From: Chiloscyllium plagiosum | Lineage: Eukaryota | Assembly (NCBI RefSeq): GCF_004010195.1 | Contig: NC_057749.1 | Location: 14,888,088 to 14,952,087 of the forward strand | Length of the DNA stretch: 64,000 nt | Reading direction: 5' to 3' | Shown here: piece by piece, positions 38,106 through 51,287 of the stretch | Layout: every line of letters starts with the position of its first letter | Position numbering within the stretch: the first letter of the stretch is position 1 | Position numbers and translations under genes: made by a program | The notes under the pieces: model-generated | The model's database searches: none | Told to the model about the DNA's origin: nothing | The model's input: only the letters and a program-made list of their open reading frames with translations

Positions 38106-38639
38106 GGGTATTATTGATCAGACACTCAGGAACTTAAAGGAAGAAAGTTACCATCTCCAGAAGCTTGAAGACCAGAAGAGAAGAGAAGATACAGATAGTG
38201 AATGGTGACTGTACTGCATTTAACCTTGTCCTTCACAGTTACATTCCTGTTCATCCGCTGCCAAAATAATCGACTCAGATGGAGGTCTCACACAATGAAT
38301 TGGGGGAGAGATGTGAAGGGTTTAATACGTTTGGGATCAAAAACCCAATGTTGAGTCGTAGACAGGGCACAGGTTCAAGTATGGGGGGGGGGGGGAATTG
38401 GTTGAGGTAACTCTCAGTGAGGAGATGCTAGCAGCAGCTCATTATGTACCGATGCAGGCGAGTTACTGTAACTGGGGTAAAAAAGGATATCTTGCAAAAA
38501 CATTTTGATTTAGTGCACCAAAAATCATTTCTATATTACCCAACTCCTGCGGTGTTTTGGAAAAGTACAAGTTGCCCTTCTCCTTTTCTGGTTTATAAGC
38601 TGCTTATGCAACTAATTACCTGTCTAGAAGATCCTTTCC

Positions 38640-39060
38640 AAGTTGAATAGTATTTGCACTCCAGAAACTGGCCATTCTGCCCATCTGGTCAATGCTAGTG
38701 TTTATACTCTGCACAATCCTACTCCCTCCTTATATCCTCAAACCCCATTAACGTATCTTTCTATAATCCATTCTCTCTCATGCATTTATCCTGTATCCCC
38801 TTAAATCCATTGACACCACTCACCTCAACTACACCCTGGTGGTAATGAGCTCCACATTCTCACCACTCTCCAGTGGTTTTTCCTGGATTCCCAATTAAGC
38901 AGTGACTATCTTAAATTTATGGACCTTGGTTTTGACTTCCCTACAAATGGAAACATCTTCTCCACGTCAGCTCCATCAAACCTTTTCATCATTTTAAACA
39001 CTCCGACCCCTCCATTATTTTGTTTCATCAGGAAAGGATTTTCAGCCCATTTGATGTTAC
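38640..39060 (-). mobile_element. Decayed CR1-type 3' fragment
   Basis: ggccattctgcccatc...tccacattctcaccactct...ggaaacatcttctccac. Confidence 0.65.
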
Positions 39061-39245
39061 CCAATCAGTTCAGGGTCAGCCAACACAAGAGTGTGAGAAA
39101 GAGAGATAAAATCTTTGAGGTAAAACCCTACAACAGATGGCTTTTAGTTTAGATCTCAAATTTAAAGATAAGGTCGTGTGGTGGTTATGTTAGTTGGCTT
39201 GTGATACAGAGAATTGGGGTTTTAATCTGCTGAAGGGAACTTTTG

Positions 39246-39561
39246 GATTAGATTATCTATAGTATGGAAACAGGCCCTTCAGCCCAGCAAGTCCACACTG
39301 ACCCTTCAAAGACTAACCCACCCAGACTCATTCCCTTACCCTACGTTTACTCCTGACTAATGCACCTAACACTAAGGACAATTTAGCATGCCCAATTCAC
39401 CTAACCTGCACATCTTTGGACTGTGGGGGGAAATTGGAGCACCCGGAGGAAACCCATGCAGACACAGGGAGAATGTGCAAATGCCACACAGTCACTGGAG
39501 GCTGGAATCGAACCATGGTGCTGTGAGGCAGCAGTGCTAACACTGAGCCACTATGCTGCCC
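39246..39561 (-). mobile_element. HE1/V-SINE copy
   Basis: Collinear with 29996-30320. Confidence 0.88.
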
Positions 39562-40288
39562 AAATTTTAGAATTTTGTTTTAAAACATTAGTGTCGATGA
39601 GGTGATGCTGAAGTGATTCGATACCGAAAAAAAAACCCATCTGGTTTTCTGATGTCCTTTGATGAAGTCCTGACCAAGTCTGGGCCTGTATACAGCTCCG
39701 GACCCACACCAGTGTGGTTGATTATTAACTGCACTGTGAAGTGAGTCAGCAAGACTCTCAGTTTTTATTAACTTGTTATTGGGAACTAGTGTACAGCAAT
39801 CATCATAACTTCACCCGTTTTTGTGAAACGTAAACACAAGAACGTCTCATCAATCAGTCAGCTTCCCAGTGATGTTTCAGTCCAAACTCCATTGATTGCA
39901 TTTTGACCCAGTTGCTTGTTGGATGACCCTGTGTAATAATGGACAGCAAGCTCCCACACTGGGGCTCCCATCTGAAGACTGAACCTTTGAGTGCTGGAAG
40001 GTTCCATAATGCCGTGTTTGCGTAAACATCAGCGCTTTCTCAAGATGAAAAGAAGAAAGCGAGGGAAAAGTGAGAGGGTGCAACTTGTCGTCAGATTTCA
40101 AACTCTAGGAGTTAAAAACTTAATGCTGCTTGAAGCTTATAAAATGGTGCCACTCGTTTTGGAAGAACATGAGAATGATTCCTTCAAATGGTGGACGACA
40201 CTGTGGAGCCTCTTTTGGTACACTTTATTTATTAAAGAGAGAAACTAATCTGTGGGAAATGTGGTTTCTGAAATGATGCATCTATGAA

Positions 40289-40294
40289 AATAAA
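40289..40294 (+). terminator. Candidate polyadenylation signal AATAAA
   Basis: AATAAA preceded by AT-rich sequence with ATTAAA (40231) and followed by GT/T-rich gcttgtttc...ttgtctttggtt. Confidence 0.55.
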
Positions 40295-40424
40295 ATGTTC
40301 AATGCTTGTTTCATATGAACTTGTCTTTGGTTCAGGGACATCTCGGCAAGGACCTGACTAGCAGTGTCAATGATTTCATGTCACAGGGTCTGATCCCAAA
40401 TCATGTCCATTCCAAGACCAGCTC

Positions 40425-40727
40425 TGTGACCCTCTCCCAGAAGTGGTCACTCTCAAGAGTGGCCTTCTCTCAGGAATGGTTATTCTTGGGAATGCTCGCA
40501 CTCCAAATGGCCATCAACTTGGGAAGGGCCCTCATTGGGAATGGGGTCACTCTCCAGAGTGGTCACTCTCAGGCATAGCTCACTCTCAGGAATGGCAGTC
40601 TTGGGAATGGTCACTCTCAGGAATGGCCCTCTCCCTGGGAATGGCCACTCTTGGAAATGGTCACCGTCAAGAATGGTCATTCTACAAATATTGCCCATTC
40701 AGGAATGGTTGCAGTCTCAGGAATGGC
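40425..40727 (+). repeat. Degenerate ~18-20-bp tandem repeat (tggtcactctcaggaa)n
   Basis: Recurrent ggtcactctc / caggaatgg / cttgggaatg motifs. Confidence 0.75.
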
Positions 40728-40829
40728 GTACAGAGAGCCCTATTAAGCTCCCAATTTTAATACTGCCACTCTGATGAATCTCAGGCACTTCCCTGGGACA
40801 AGAGAGAAAAAAAACCCAGTGGTCAACTT

Positions 40830-41157
40830 TATTTTTAACTGTATTGAAGGTGGTTTCAACTCAGAGCTGTGAACACAATGCCCAGACGCATCTGCTATCT
40901 CCATGGGGAGATGCTCAACAATCTCCCATTGACAGTCAATCATATTCCTGTCACTGAATCCCTCACTATCGACATCCATGGGGTTATTATTGACTAGAAA
41001 AAAGAACTGGACCAGCCATGGCTACAAGAGCAGGTCAGAGGCTGGGAATCCTACAGCGAGTAACTCATCTCCTGACTCCCCAGAGCTTGTCCACTATCGA
41101 TAATCAGGAGTCTGATGGAATATGTTGCACTTGTCTGGATCAGTGCTACATTAACAG
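40830..41157 (+). mobile_element. CR1/L2-like LINE RT fragment
   Basis: Homologous to 47350-47990 (catcc.ggggtt..cattgac.agaaa; gcaggtcagaggctgggaatc; ctgactcccca..gc.tgtccac). Confidence 0.75.
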
Positions 41158-41159
41158 TG

Positions 41160-41400
41160 ATTAGATTAGATTACTTACAGTGTGGAAACAGGTCCTTCGG
41201 CCCAACAAGTCCACACCGCCCCGCCGAAGCGCAACCCACCCATACCCCTACATTTACCCTTTACCTAACACTACGGGCAATTTAGCATGGCCAATTCACC
41301 TGACCCTGCACATCTTTGGACTGTGGGAGCACCCGGAGGAAACCCACGCAGACACGGGGAGAACGTGCAAACTCCACACAGTCAGTCGCCTGAGTCGGAG
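41160..41400 (-). mobile_element. Young HE1/V-SINE copy lacking most of the tRNA head
   Basis: Highly similar to 30010-30260. Confidence 0.88.
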
Positions 41401-41554
41401 TTTCCTCCTTTCCACCCCTTCCTGCTATCCCTCCTCCTTCCTCCCCCTCTGTCCCCTCTCCCTTTCCCCTCCTCTGTGTCCTTACCTATTTCCCTCATCC
41501 TTTGACCCCCATCTCTTTCTTAAGCCTCCCTTCTCCCCACTTCTGTTTTACACC

Positions 41555-43500
41555 ATAGGAACAGGAGTCGGCCATTCAGCCTCTTGAGTCTTTTCCACCA
41601 TGTAATGGGATCCTGGACCTGTCTTTGGCCCATATTCCTTAATACCTTTGCTTAACAAAAATGTAACTATGTCAGATTTGAACTAAAAAAATCAACCCAG
41701 CATGCTGTTTGTGGGAGAGAATTCCAAACCTCTTCCCGATTTGTGCTTCCTAACATCTGTCCTGAAGAGGCTGGCCCTCATTCTCAGATCATGCAGCCTC
41801 GTTCTGACCAATGGAAATAGTTATCTACCCTATCTTTTCCAGTTAAGACCTTGAAGATGTCAATCAGATCACCCCTTAATCTTCTAAATTCTGGAGAAAA
41901 CAAGCCTAATTTGTATCGTCTCTCCACATAAAGTAACTGTTCTTCTAAAATCTATGTTCTGCCCACTCCGAGTCCAATACAGCCTTCCTAAGATGCGTAC
42001 TCCATGTGGGGTCTAGCCAGGGGTTTGGATAACTGCAGCAAATCTTCTGCATCTTTCTATTCCAGTCCTCGAGATATAGAGGCCAGCGTTCCATTAGCTT
42101 TCTTGATGCGTTTCTGCTTGAGCTAGTTTAATTCTAAGACTTTTAAATCTTTTAAATTGGAGAGTTGCCATCCAATTTGGAAGACTGGATTTAACAGCAT
42201 AAACATCAGAAGCTCCCATGTATTGAGTTGCTGGAAACTAACAGATGTATAGTAATAAAAAAAAAGCCCCTGCAAATGTCCTAATCACGACGTTACATTG
42301 TCATAGCCCAGTGCTGGCGCCCTCATCTCTGCTGATCAATCCAACAGCGACTAAAAAAGTACTTCACTTCACTTCAAAAGTACTTCTACTTTTGGAAAAA
42401 TAGAAACCGGTGCAAAAGGAGGCCATTCAGCCCCTCAAGCCTGCGCCCCTGTACAATGAGATATGACTGAACACTTACTTCAACGCCATTTTCCTTTGGA
42501 ATCTCTGCTTCAGAGGGCTGGGGATTGATCAAGACAGAGAATGATAGCTTTCTGCATATTCAAAAGACATGGGGATACCAAAGATTCTCCTCCCTCTGAG
42601 CGAGGACATTTCTCCTTAGCTCTGTCCTAAATGACCTACCCCTTGTCCTGAGAGTGTATCCCCTGGTTCTAGTACAACCGTAACAACCACAGGGGCAAAT
42701 AGCCTTCCGGCACCAACCCTACCAAATCCGGGAAGAACTTTACAATATTGAACAAGATCACCTCCTGGTTTTTCTGAACTCCAGAAAATACAGGAGCAGT
42801 CGATTCAATCTTTCCTGAGAGGAGTGGCCCTCCAGCCTAGGAATCCAGCTGGGGAATGTTCATTACAGCCCCTCTATAGCAATTTTGTCGCCCCTGGAAA
42901 CATAAAAACCAGGAGCAGGAGTAGGCCATTCAGGCCTTCCAGCCTGCCCCACCATTGCTGATCATGGCTGACCACCCAAAGCAACCTGTTCCTGCTTTCC
43001 CCCCATGGCCTTTGTTCCCTTTACCCCCAAGGACTATATCTAATGCCTTCTTGAACTTGAACTCCCTGCAGTGTGGAAGCAGGCCATTAAGTCCATCAAG
43101 TCCACACCACCCCTCCAAAGAGCATCCCACCAGACCCATCCTCCTACCCTATCACCTCGCCGAACCACTGAGACACTATGGGCAATTTAGCCCGGCCAAT
43201 CCATCTAATCTGCACATCTTTGGACCGTAGGAGGAAACCCACACATACACGGGAAGAATGTGCACACAGCCACCTGAGGTCCGTGGGTTGGCAGCAGAGC
43301 TAACCACTGAGCCACCTTGTTGTCCCAGATGATGCGATGTTTTGTTCTGGCTGCTTTCTGTGGTGTGAATTCCACAGACTCACCACTCTTTGGATGAAGA
43401 ATTGTCTCCTCATCTCAATCTGAAACAGTTTACCCTGTACCTTTAGGTAAAGAGACCAAAACTGCACACAATACTCCAGACTGATCCCATCAAGGCCGCT
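41555..43500 (-). mobile_element. Cluster of decayed CR1-type 3' fragments with an HE1 copy nested at ~43060-43326
   Basis: Three tails of type ggccattcagccc/ggccattcagg (41571, 42421, 42924) and a V-domain core at ~43190-43260. Confidence 0.7.
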
Positions 43501-46500
43501 GATGAGATCACCCTATATCATGACAGTAAATCACCAGTACTCCTTAACATAACATCAGTTTGGCATCTTTCACATAGGACACACAGCACAGAAACAGTAC
43601 TGGGGGTTTACTGGGATGGTGTCCTCCATGTCACCCCAAGAAATACACATTGCATTAAAGAGTGAAAACAGAAACTGCTGGAGGAACTCAGCAGGCCTTG
43701 CAGCATTTGTAGAGAGAACGCAGAGCTAATGTTTTGGGTCCTGCATCATTTAAGAGCATGTTGGCAGATGTTTCCAATTCAAGGTGAGAGGAGACCAGCT
43801 CAATGGCCCTGGGCAGCCTGAGGGATAGTTTCGGAAGTCCTGGCCCTACAGGAGCCATTCTGTAGATATGTCCATGATCGTTCTGCATCAGCAAGATGAC
43901 CATCTTCAATCTGCAATGACCGATGGCGTGTTGAGATTGTTCGTGACCAGGATTTGTAGCCCACGTGGTTGGACCCTATCTGTGGATTACACAATTCACC
44001 GTAGTTACAAATGTGTTCAACCTGTTCTCTGCAAATGCCCAATCCATGCAACTGCTTCTTGAAGGGCCTGACATCACTCACAAGGAGAGCCCACATGCTC
44101 AGACACTCGGTGCATGGGTGCAGCTATTTTCCATTTCCATTGTGTACTTACGGTTTGCACAAGGTAGTCCTGGGCAGAGACAGCCTCAGGATTAGCTTTA
44201 TACTCCAGGTAGCCATCCGAACCTCCGTGTTCCCTTCTTCCTGGCTCTCCCTGTTAGTGTCGAGCTTGCGCACATCCTCATACACCTCTGTGAATGGCTG
44301 ACTCATTCTCAGCACTACCTCATGGCCCCAGCTCAACAAAGTAGCGATGCCAAACCTGGTGCCACACTCTCCCTCCCTGGCAAGGTCGAGATGTCAATGA
44401 CCACCCCCTCCCCTGTCCTCCATTTCACTAGCCGTTTGCCCTCTCCCCCACCCTATGCGTTGAGTTTCTCCCACACTCACCCCACACCTTTCACAATTAT
44501 GTGCAACCTCCATGCAATGGGGAGGAGGCTGGTGGGCTGTCACTGCCCATGGGCTATGCCCACAGCTGTTGGCTGTTTAAGACGGAGGCCCAGAGTCTCC
44601 AGGCCTGCAGGTTGGGGAATTATCATTGTCTGGGGTCTACGCAGTGAGCGGGAGAATGGTACTCTGCACATTACTGAGGTGGGAATGATGTGCAAATGCA
44701 AATAGACCACCCGCTGCTCACGAGGAGGACTCTAGTCTCACCGAGTCACCAAGCCGACGTTTTATTTTCCTTAACGTCAAGAATTGCATTTCTGCCAATC
44801 TCACCCTAGTTTTCCGACTGGCCCGTGCCCATGTTGTTCAGGGCCTGGGAAGATCTTGCCCAGTCTCTCTGTCTCCTCTCTGTGAAACCTTTCGTAATTC
44901 TAAAATCCCCAATTAGCCACTTAGCCTCCTTTTCTCAAAAGGGAGCTAACGTGTAATCTTTTCTTTCATGTACACCCACCCATCCCTCCTTACTGTAATC
45001 CAAAAACCAGGAGGCGATTAATTCCCAGGAGCAATTCTCAAACAAAGAGCCAAATAAGGAGCTGGGGGTGGGGGGAGGGGGAGCTCCTGGAAGCATCTTA
45101 AAGGAGCTGGAAGTTTCTGGATGGACTCCCACAGCTCAGGGGGCCACAGGATACTGAGGCTGGCCATAGGAAGTGATCAATTCAACAACACACATCAGCA
45201 AATTTTTTAAAAACTGGAAAGTAAAAGAATTGCCGGGATGTGGGAAGAGCAGTGGGAGTGGGGATGAACTGGTTTGCTCTTCACAAGGGCTGGTGTGGGC
45301 TCAATGGGCCAAATGGGTTTATTCTCTATACAATAAGCAAACGAGGGGAATGGAAGGGGAGAGAGGGTGGGGGAGAGGAAGGGGCGAGAGTGTGAGGGGA
45401 GATGAAGGGGAGAGAGGATGGGTGAGAAGTTTAATGTGGACTTAGCTATTAAAGCACAGTATTTTAGTCCTCTCTTGACCTTTCCAACAGTATATATAGA
45501 AGCCAATGAAGACTGACTCCCTCTCTCCCTCAATGCCTCCCCCAGAGTTAATTTGACAAACCTGTCAGGGAAGGGAAAGGTCATGGGTATGCCTCCTGCA
45601 GACTGTTTATGATTACATTTTTCTCCCGCTTAAACTCTTGAAAAAATGTTGCCACAAATGATGCTGACTGATAACCCTATTGTGTTCGGGCACAGTGTTA
45701 TCCTGCTGTAGGCAGTACACCATCTCTCTGTTTAGACATCTCTCCTCCAGGAACAACTGCAGATGAATTTATTGCTGATGGATTTTTTTTCTCTTCTTGC
45801 AGCAAGTCATGTACTGGAGTCACCAACCACTACTGCTCTCCCCTCCCTCTCCCCTCACACTCTCCCCTTCCTCTCCCCTCACACTCTGNNNNNNNNNNNN
45901 NNNNNNNNNNNNNNNNNNNNNNNNNNNNNNNNNNNNNNNNNNNNNNNNNNNNNNNNNNNNNNNNNNNNNNNNNNNNNNNNNNNNNNNNNNNNNNNNNNNN
46001 NNNNNNNNNNNNNNNNNNNNNNNNNNNNNNNNNNNNNNNNNNNNNNNNNNNNNNNNNNNNNNNNNNNNNNNNNNNNNNNNNNNNNNNNNNNNNNNNNNNN
46101 NNNNNNNNNNNNNNNNNNNNNNNNNNNNNNNNNNNNNNNNNNNNNNNNNNNNNNNNNNNNNNNNNNNNNNNNNNNNNNNNNNNNNNNNNNNNNNNNNNNN
46201 NNNNNNNNNNNNNNNNNNNNNNNNNNNNNNNNNNNNNNNNNNNNNNNNNNNNNNNNNNNNNNNNNNNNNNNNNNNNNNNNNNNNNNNNNNNNNNNNNNNN
46301 NNNNNNNNNNNNNNNNNNNNNNNNNNNNNNNNNNNNNNNNNNNNNNNNNNNNNNNNNNNNNNNNNNNNNNNNNNNNNNNNNNNNNNNNNNNNNNNNNNNN
46401 NNNNNNNNNNNNNNNNNNNNNNNNNNNNNNNNNNNNNNNNNNNNNNNNNNNNNNNNNNNNNNNNNNNNNNNNNNNNNNNNNNNNNNNNNNNNNNNNNNNN

Positions 46501-47349
46501 NNNNNNNNNNNNNNNNNNNNNNNNNCTTCTCCCCAGCCTTTTCTATCCTCCTCTCCCCATCCATTTGTGCTGTTTTCCCTCCCCTTCCTGTCCCCTCACC
46601 ACCTCCCTACCTCTTCCTGCTGTTCCAGCCTCCATTTCTCTCTTTCCCATTGCACCTCTTGCCTCCCCTATTCACTACCAACTTACCCATTTCCCTTAGC
46701 TTTTCCCCCTCTTTATTTCCTGGCTGTAACCTCCTACCTCATTCCCCTCACCCATCTGCCCTGTACCCCCTCCCTCTGACTAAGAAAGTGTTCCCTCACG
46801 CCTCACGGGGGTGAGTGTTGCTGTGCTGTTTGACTGCAGGGACAATTACAGCCAGATCTAATTCTGACCTATTTCAAACAGAGACACAAACCTGCCCCTT
46901 CTTACCTTCTCCCAGCTTATTCCTTCCATATTCCTAAGAGTCAGTTAATGAAGAAGACTCAGATTAGATTTATTCACATAGTGAAACACTGCAGGTGTAT
47001 CTCTCTTCGCTCCACTTCATACTTGTTCCTACCCTCTCCCCCAACCAATTCTCTTCCTCTCCTTTCATGTCCTCTCCTATATTATCCCTCCATCTCCTAT
47101 CCATCCCCAATCCTTTCCTGTTTCAGGCCACTCACCTGTAAAACAATGGTCAGCAGGAGTTCTGTTTGTGCTTTCCTGTGTCCTAGTGGAGAGTCAGAGG
47201 GGCTACAGCATCTTCAAGGATGGAACCTTGCATCTGAAATGGACTAACTCCAGCAGAAATCAGAATGGGTCTTGTTTCTCTTCACTGAGCTGAAGCCTTG
47301 TAACCAATCTCCATTGCACCCCTACTCTATACCTTACACACCTCAATGC

Positions 47350-48450
47350 CATACACAGACCATACTATCACCACTATCAACATCCTGGGGGCTACCACTG
47401 ACCAGAAATTGAACTGAGCTACCCCGACAGGGTCAATACTAAAAGGATGCTTCCCCTCAGAGGAGAGTCTAGGATCAGAGGGCACAGTCTCAGAATAAAG
47501 GGCACTAATTTAAGTCTAAGATGAGGAGGAATTTCCTCTCTCAGACGGGTTGTGGGTCTTTGGAACTCCTTACCACAGAGAGAGCCGTGGGGCCATGTAC
47601 ATTTGAGGCTGAGAGAAAGATTCTTGATCAATCGGGGAATCGGAGAAAAGGCAGGAAGGTGGACCTGAGGAGGGTCAGATCAGCTTTGATTCTATTGAAT
47701 GGCAGAGTTGGCTTGAGGGACCAAACAGCCAATGCATTTCTTAAGTTCTTGTATAAATATTCTGGGTACAAGAGCAGGTCAGAGGCTGTGAATAATCCAG
47801 ATGGCACTATAAATGGCAACATGTAAACCTTTCACTGTACTCATGGGAGTAGATGTGACAATAAAGCTAATTCAATTCAGTTCCCTTTCTGACTCCCCAA
47901 AGCCTGTCCACCATCTACAAGGCACAAGTTAGGAGTGTGATGGAATACTCCCCACTTGCCTGGATGGGGGCAGCTCCAACAACCCTCAAGAAGCTTGACA
48001 CCATTCAGGACAAAGCAACCGCTTGATTGGCACGTTATCGAAAACCTTCAACATTCACTCCCTCCGTCACTGGTGCAGAGTAGCAGCACTGTGTGCCATC
48101 TACAAGATGCACTGTGGCAACTCATCCAGCTTCCTTCAACAGCACTTTTCAAACCAGGGACCTCGATCATCTAGAAGGACAAGGGCAACAGATACAACAG
48201 AGCAGCACCATCATCAGGTTCCTCTCTGAGCCACTCACCATCCTGACTTTGGAATATACCCCCATTTCTTCACTGTCACTGGGTCAAAATCCTGAAACAC
48301 CCTGTCCAGATAGTACTGTGGGTGCCTCGGGACCACAAAGATCCAGCGATTCCAGATGGCAGCTCACCACCATCTTATCCAGGGCAATTAAGGATGGGCA
48401 GTAAGCGCTGGTCAAATCAGTGATGCCCATATCCTGCAAATGAATAAGAA
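47350..48450 (+). mobile_element. CR1/L2-like LINE 3' part with a nested CR1 fragment (~47420-47745) and a LINE tail (~47800-47880)
   Basis: LTPQSLSTIYKAQVRSVMEYSPLAWMGAAPTTLKKLDTIQDKA and NIHSLRHWCRVAALCAIYKMHC peptides. Confidence 0.85.
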
Positions 48451-48539
48451 AAACTCTCCAGGTGGTGCAGAATGTGCACATTGGAACACCCAGGGGCTGT
48501 TAAATGATGTTCAAAGGCAGAGGTGTGGTTGGAAACTAT

Positions 48540-48970
48540 TATAGAGTCATAGAGATGTACAGCACAGAAACAGACCCTTCGGTCCAACCTGTCCATGCCG
48601 ACCAGATATCCCAACCCAATCTAGTCCCACCTGCCAGTACCCGGCCCATATCCCTCCAAACCCTTCCTATTCATATACCCATCCAAATGCCTCTTAAATG
48701 TTGCAATTGTACCAGCTTCCACTACATCCTCTGGCAGCTCATTCCATACATGTACCACCCTCTGCGTGAAAAAGTTGCCCCTTAGGTGTCTTTTATATCT
48801 TTCCCCTCTCACCCTAAACCTATGCCCTCTAGTTCTAGACTCCCCCACCCCAGGGAAAAGACTTTGCCTACTTATCCTATCCATGCCCCTCATAATTTTG
48901 TAAACCTCTATAAGGTCACCCCTCAGCCTCCGACGCTCCAGGGGAAACAGCCCCAGCCTGTTCAGCCTCT
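48540..48970 (-). mobile_element. Young CR1/HER1-type LINE 3' fragment
   Basis: RGHRFRVRGERYKRHLRGNFFTQRVVHVWNELPEDVVEAGT; close to 26996-27420. Confidence 0.92.
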
Positions 48971-50237
48971 TTGTCTAACAAAACAAAAAAAACCTGGTTG
49001 ATTCCAGCATTCAGCTGTACAGATTAAGAATGCATGCAGGAGGATTTAAGGGGAAGTAATCAGAAATCAGGTAATAAAAGATCCTTGTACACACAAGGTA
49101 ATCTGACCGAATCTCTGAAATGGGGACCTGCTGTATTGTTGTTTGTTGTACTGTACTGACATTCAGGCTATGAGAGTCAACAATGTTAAAATAGCAGGTC
49201 CTGCTGGAAGAACACTCATGTTCCTCATTGCACTGTGTCCACAGGCCCGTGGCTATTATATTAATAATGTTCAAGCTCTATTGAGCATTTGGTCTCCGAT
49301 ATCAAACAGCTGGAACTGTTGCCGGTGGCTGCTAGCTGCTATTAACTTGCCTCCTCAGAAAACAATGCAGCCCTTCAGCTAGACCAGCAGAGTCCCCAGC
49401 TGCCTGACATCAGCAATCATTTCACAGCTCCCCAGTCACAAGGGTATCCATTATCCAGCCGTGTCGCCTACAGCAGACTGCAGTCTGACGAATCTTTCCA
49501 CTGCATACCTGGGTATCTCTCCCTGAAGGTTGTACACACATACACACACTCTCTCAAGCATATGCATAACCTATATCATGCACACTTATACACAGGCTTA
49601 ACCATGCACACATATGCTTTCACAAACACGCACAAGGCACACGTGAATGCTCACACTAGCCAACACGTACACAGGTGTGAGTCCACATAGACAAGCACTG
49701 TCGCTCCCACACCTCTCAAATACAAACCCACACTCAATGCACAAGCATGTGTGCCTCTATTTCACACATGCAAACACACACAGGTGAATGCACAATTGCA
49801 GAGACATAGCTGCAGAAACGCATCCAGAGACATGCACAGTGGATGCACACAGCCTCTGTTTTCTCTGAACATTTATTTCCCAATGGTGTTGTTTTCAAAG
49901 ACTGTGTATGGGCATGGAGTTTATTGAACAGGGGCTCCTCTGATCCCTGATCCATACAGGTTTTGGCCAGTGTTATCCTGAACTGTACACACTAGGGTTT
50001 TAATCCATTACCAGCGCTGCGCGATTGGCAGTCAGTTTCTGACAGTGTTCAGTGTTTCTGCACCAGATCTCCATTTGTCACTTCTCAGGTGTGTAACATT
50101 CTTTTACTCTCAATGTGTGTAAATTGGTCACTCTATTTCCACACCAACTAAGACGAGGGCCAGAGGGATTGAGTGAGGGAAATGGGGCTAAATCAGGCAG
50201 CACTCTCAAAGAACTGGCATTGGCATGGAGGGCTGAA

Positions 50238-50548
50238 TGAATCATAGAATCCCGACAGTGTGGAAGCAGGCCATTTGGCCCATCAAGTCCGCACTGGCCC
50301 TCCAAAGGGTGTCCCACCCAGACCTACCCCCACAACCCTCTAGTTCCCATGACTGTCCCACCCAGCTTGCACATCCCTGGACAATTTCCCATGTCTAATC
50401 CATCTAACCCACACACCTTTGGGGGCTGTAGGAGGAAACCCACGCAGACACAGGGAGAATGGACACAGACAGTTGCCTGAAGGTAGAATCGAACCCAGGT
50501 CGCTGGCGCTGCAAGGCAGCATTGCTATCCTCTGAGCCACCATGCTCC
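50238..50548 (-). mobile_element. HE1/V-SINE copy
   Basis: ggaggaaacccacgcagacacagggagaa core and tRNA-like head. Confidence 0.8.
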
Positions 50549-51130
50549 TCCTGTGATGTCAGACCTCTGGCTGCCCTCTGATATAAATCATTCACTGTAA
50601 ATCACTGTGGGCCATCCTGAGGAGGTGAGAGAGAGAGACTCCATAAAAAGTACCTGCTCCAAATGCGCATTGGAATTACTGAGGGACTGACTGGAGCTGG
50701 GGCCTGGCTGTTTAAAAGCACAGTGTCTCAGACCGAGAACCTCCACCAGATTTGCAAATGTAGCCATGAACTGAGTGTAAAGAAGCAGATGGCTGTAATG
50801 GATGGCAGATTTTAAATTTAAAATGAGTATTCCTTTCCTGTTCTCCAACACACACGCGTGCCCGAGGACTGAACTTTTAGTTAACGTACAAATCCCAACT
50901 CTGTCAGGGAGCTTATGCTTCTTTACATGATATCCACTCTCCATCTGTTACTTTCCCGTCTCATCTACGCAGGTCACGTTTGACGTGATGACAGATTAAT
51001 GTCTCAATAATAGAGTTGTGATTGGATGGGGCTCGAAAGACAGGAGAAATAATGTGCATTAATGCAGTGTCTTATCCTGAGGTCAGGGCATCTCCTCAAG
51101 CTTCACATCCAATGAGTTCTTTTCGAAGAG

Positions 51131-51287
51131 AGATGCAATACGTGAGATCACACATTCGCACATAGACAGCTCTCAAGGCAGAAACGCAATGCAAACTCAT
51201 CTGGTCCTGACTTTAGTTGCAGGAAAAGGATTGTTGGTTACTTAGACCAACATTCTAAACCAGCACTGAGGGAGTGCCGCATTGTCA
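51131..51287 (+). repeat. Left arm of a 157-bp inverted repeat
   Basis: Reverse complement of 55929-56085; 12 mismatches and no indels by manual alignment. Confidence 0.95.

Larger units (their letters stand above)
37077..40315 (+). other. SHF: Probable 3'UTR of the SH2 adaptor gene
   Basis: Runs from the stop codon to the first canonical AATAAA I could find downstream; the 3' end is inferred. Confidence 0.5.

Noticed and set aside
39810..40085. Minus-strand pyrimidine tract and short ORF
   Set aside because: Weak GAG acceptor, unrecognisable peptides, and it lies in the probable sense 3'UTR.
15627..50548. All six HE1 copies lie on the minus strand
   Set aside because: Sample too small and spans both genic and intergenic DNA; antisense bias in genes is ordinary.
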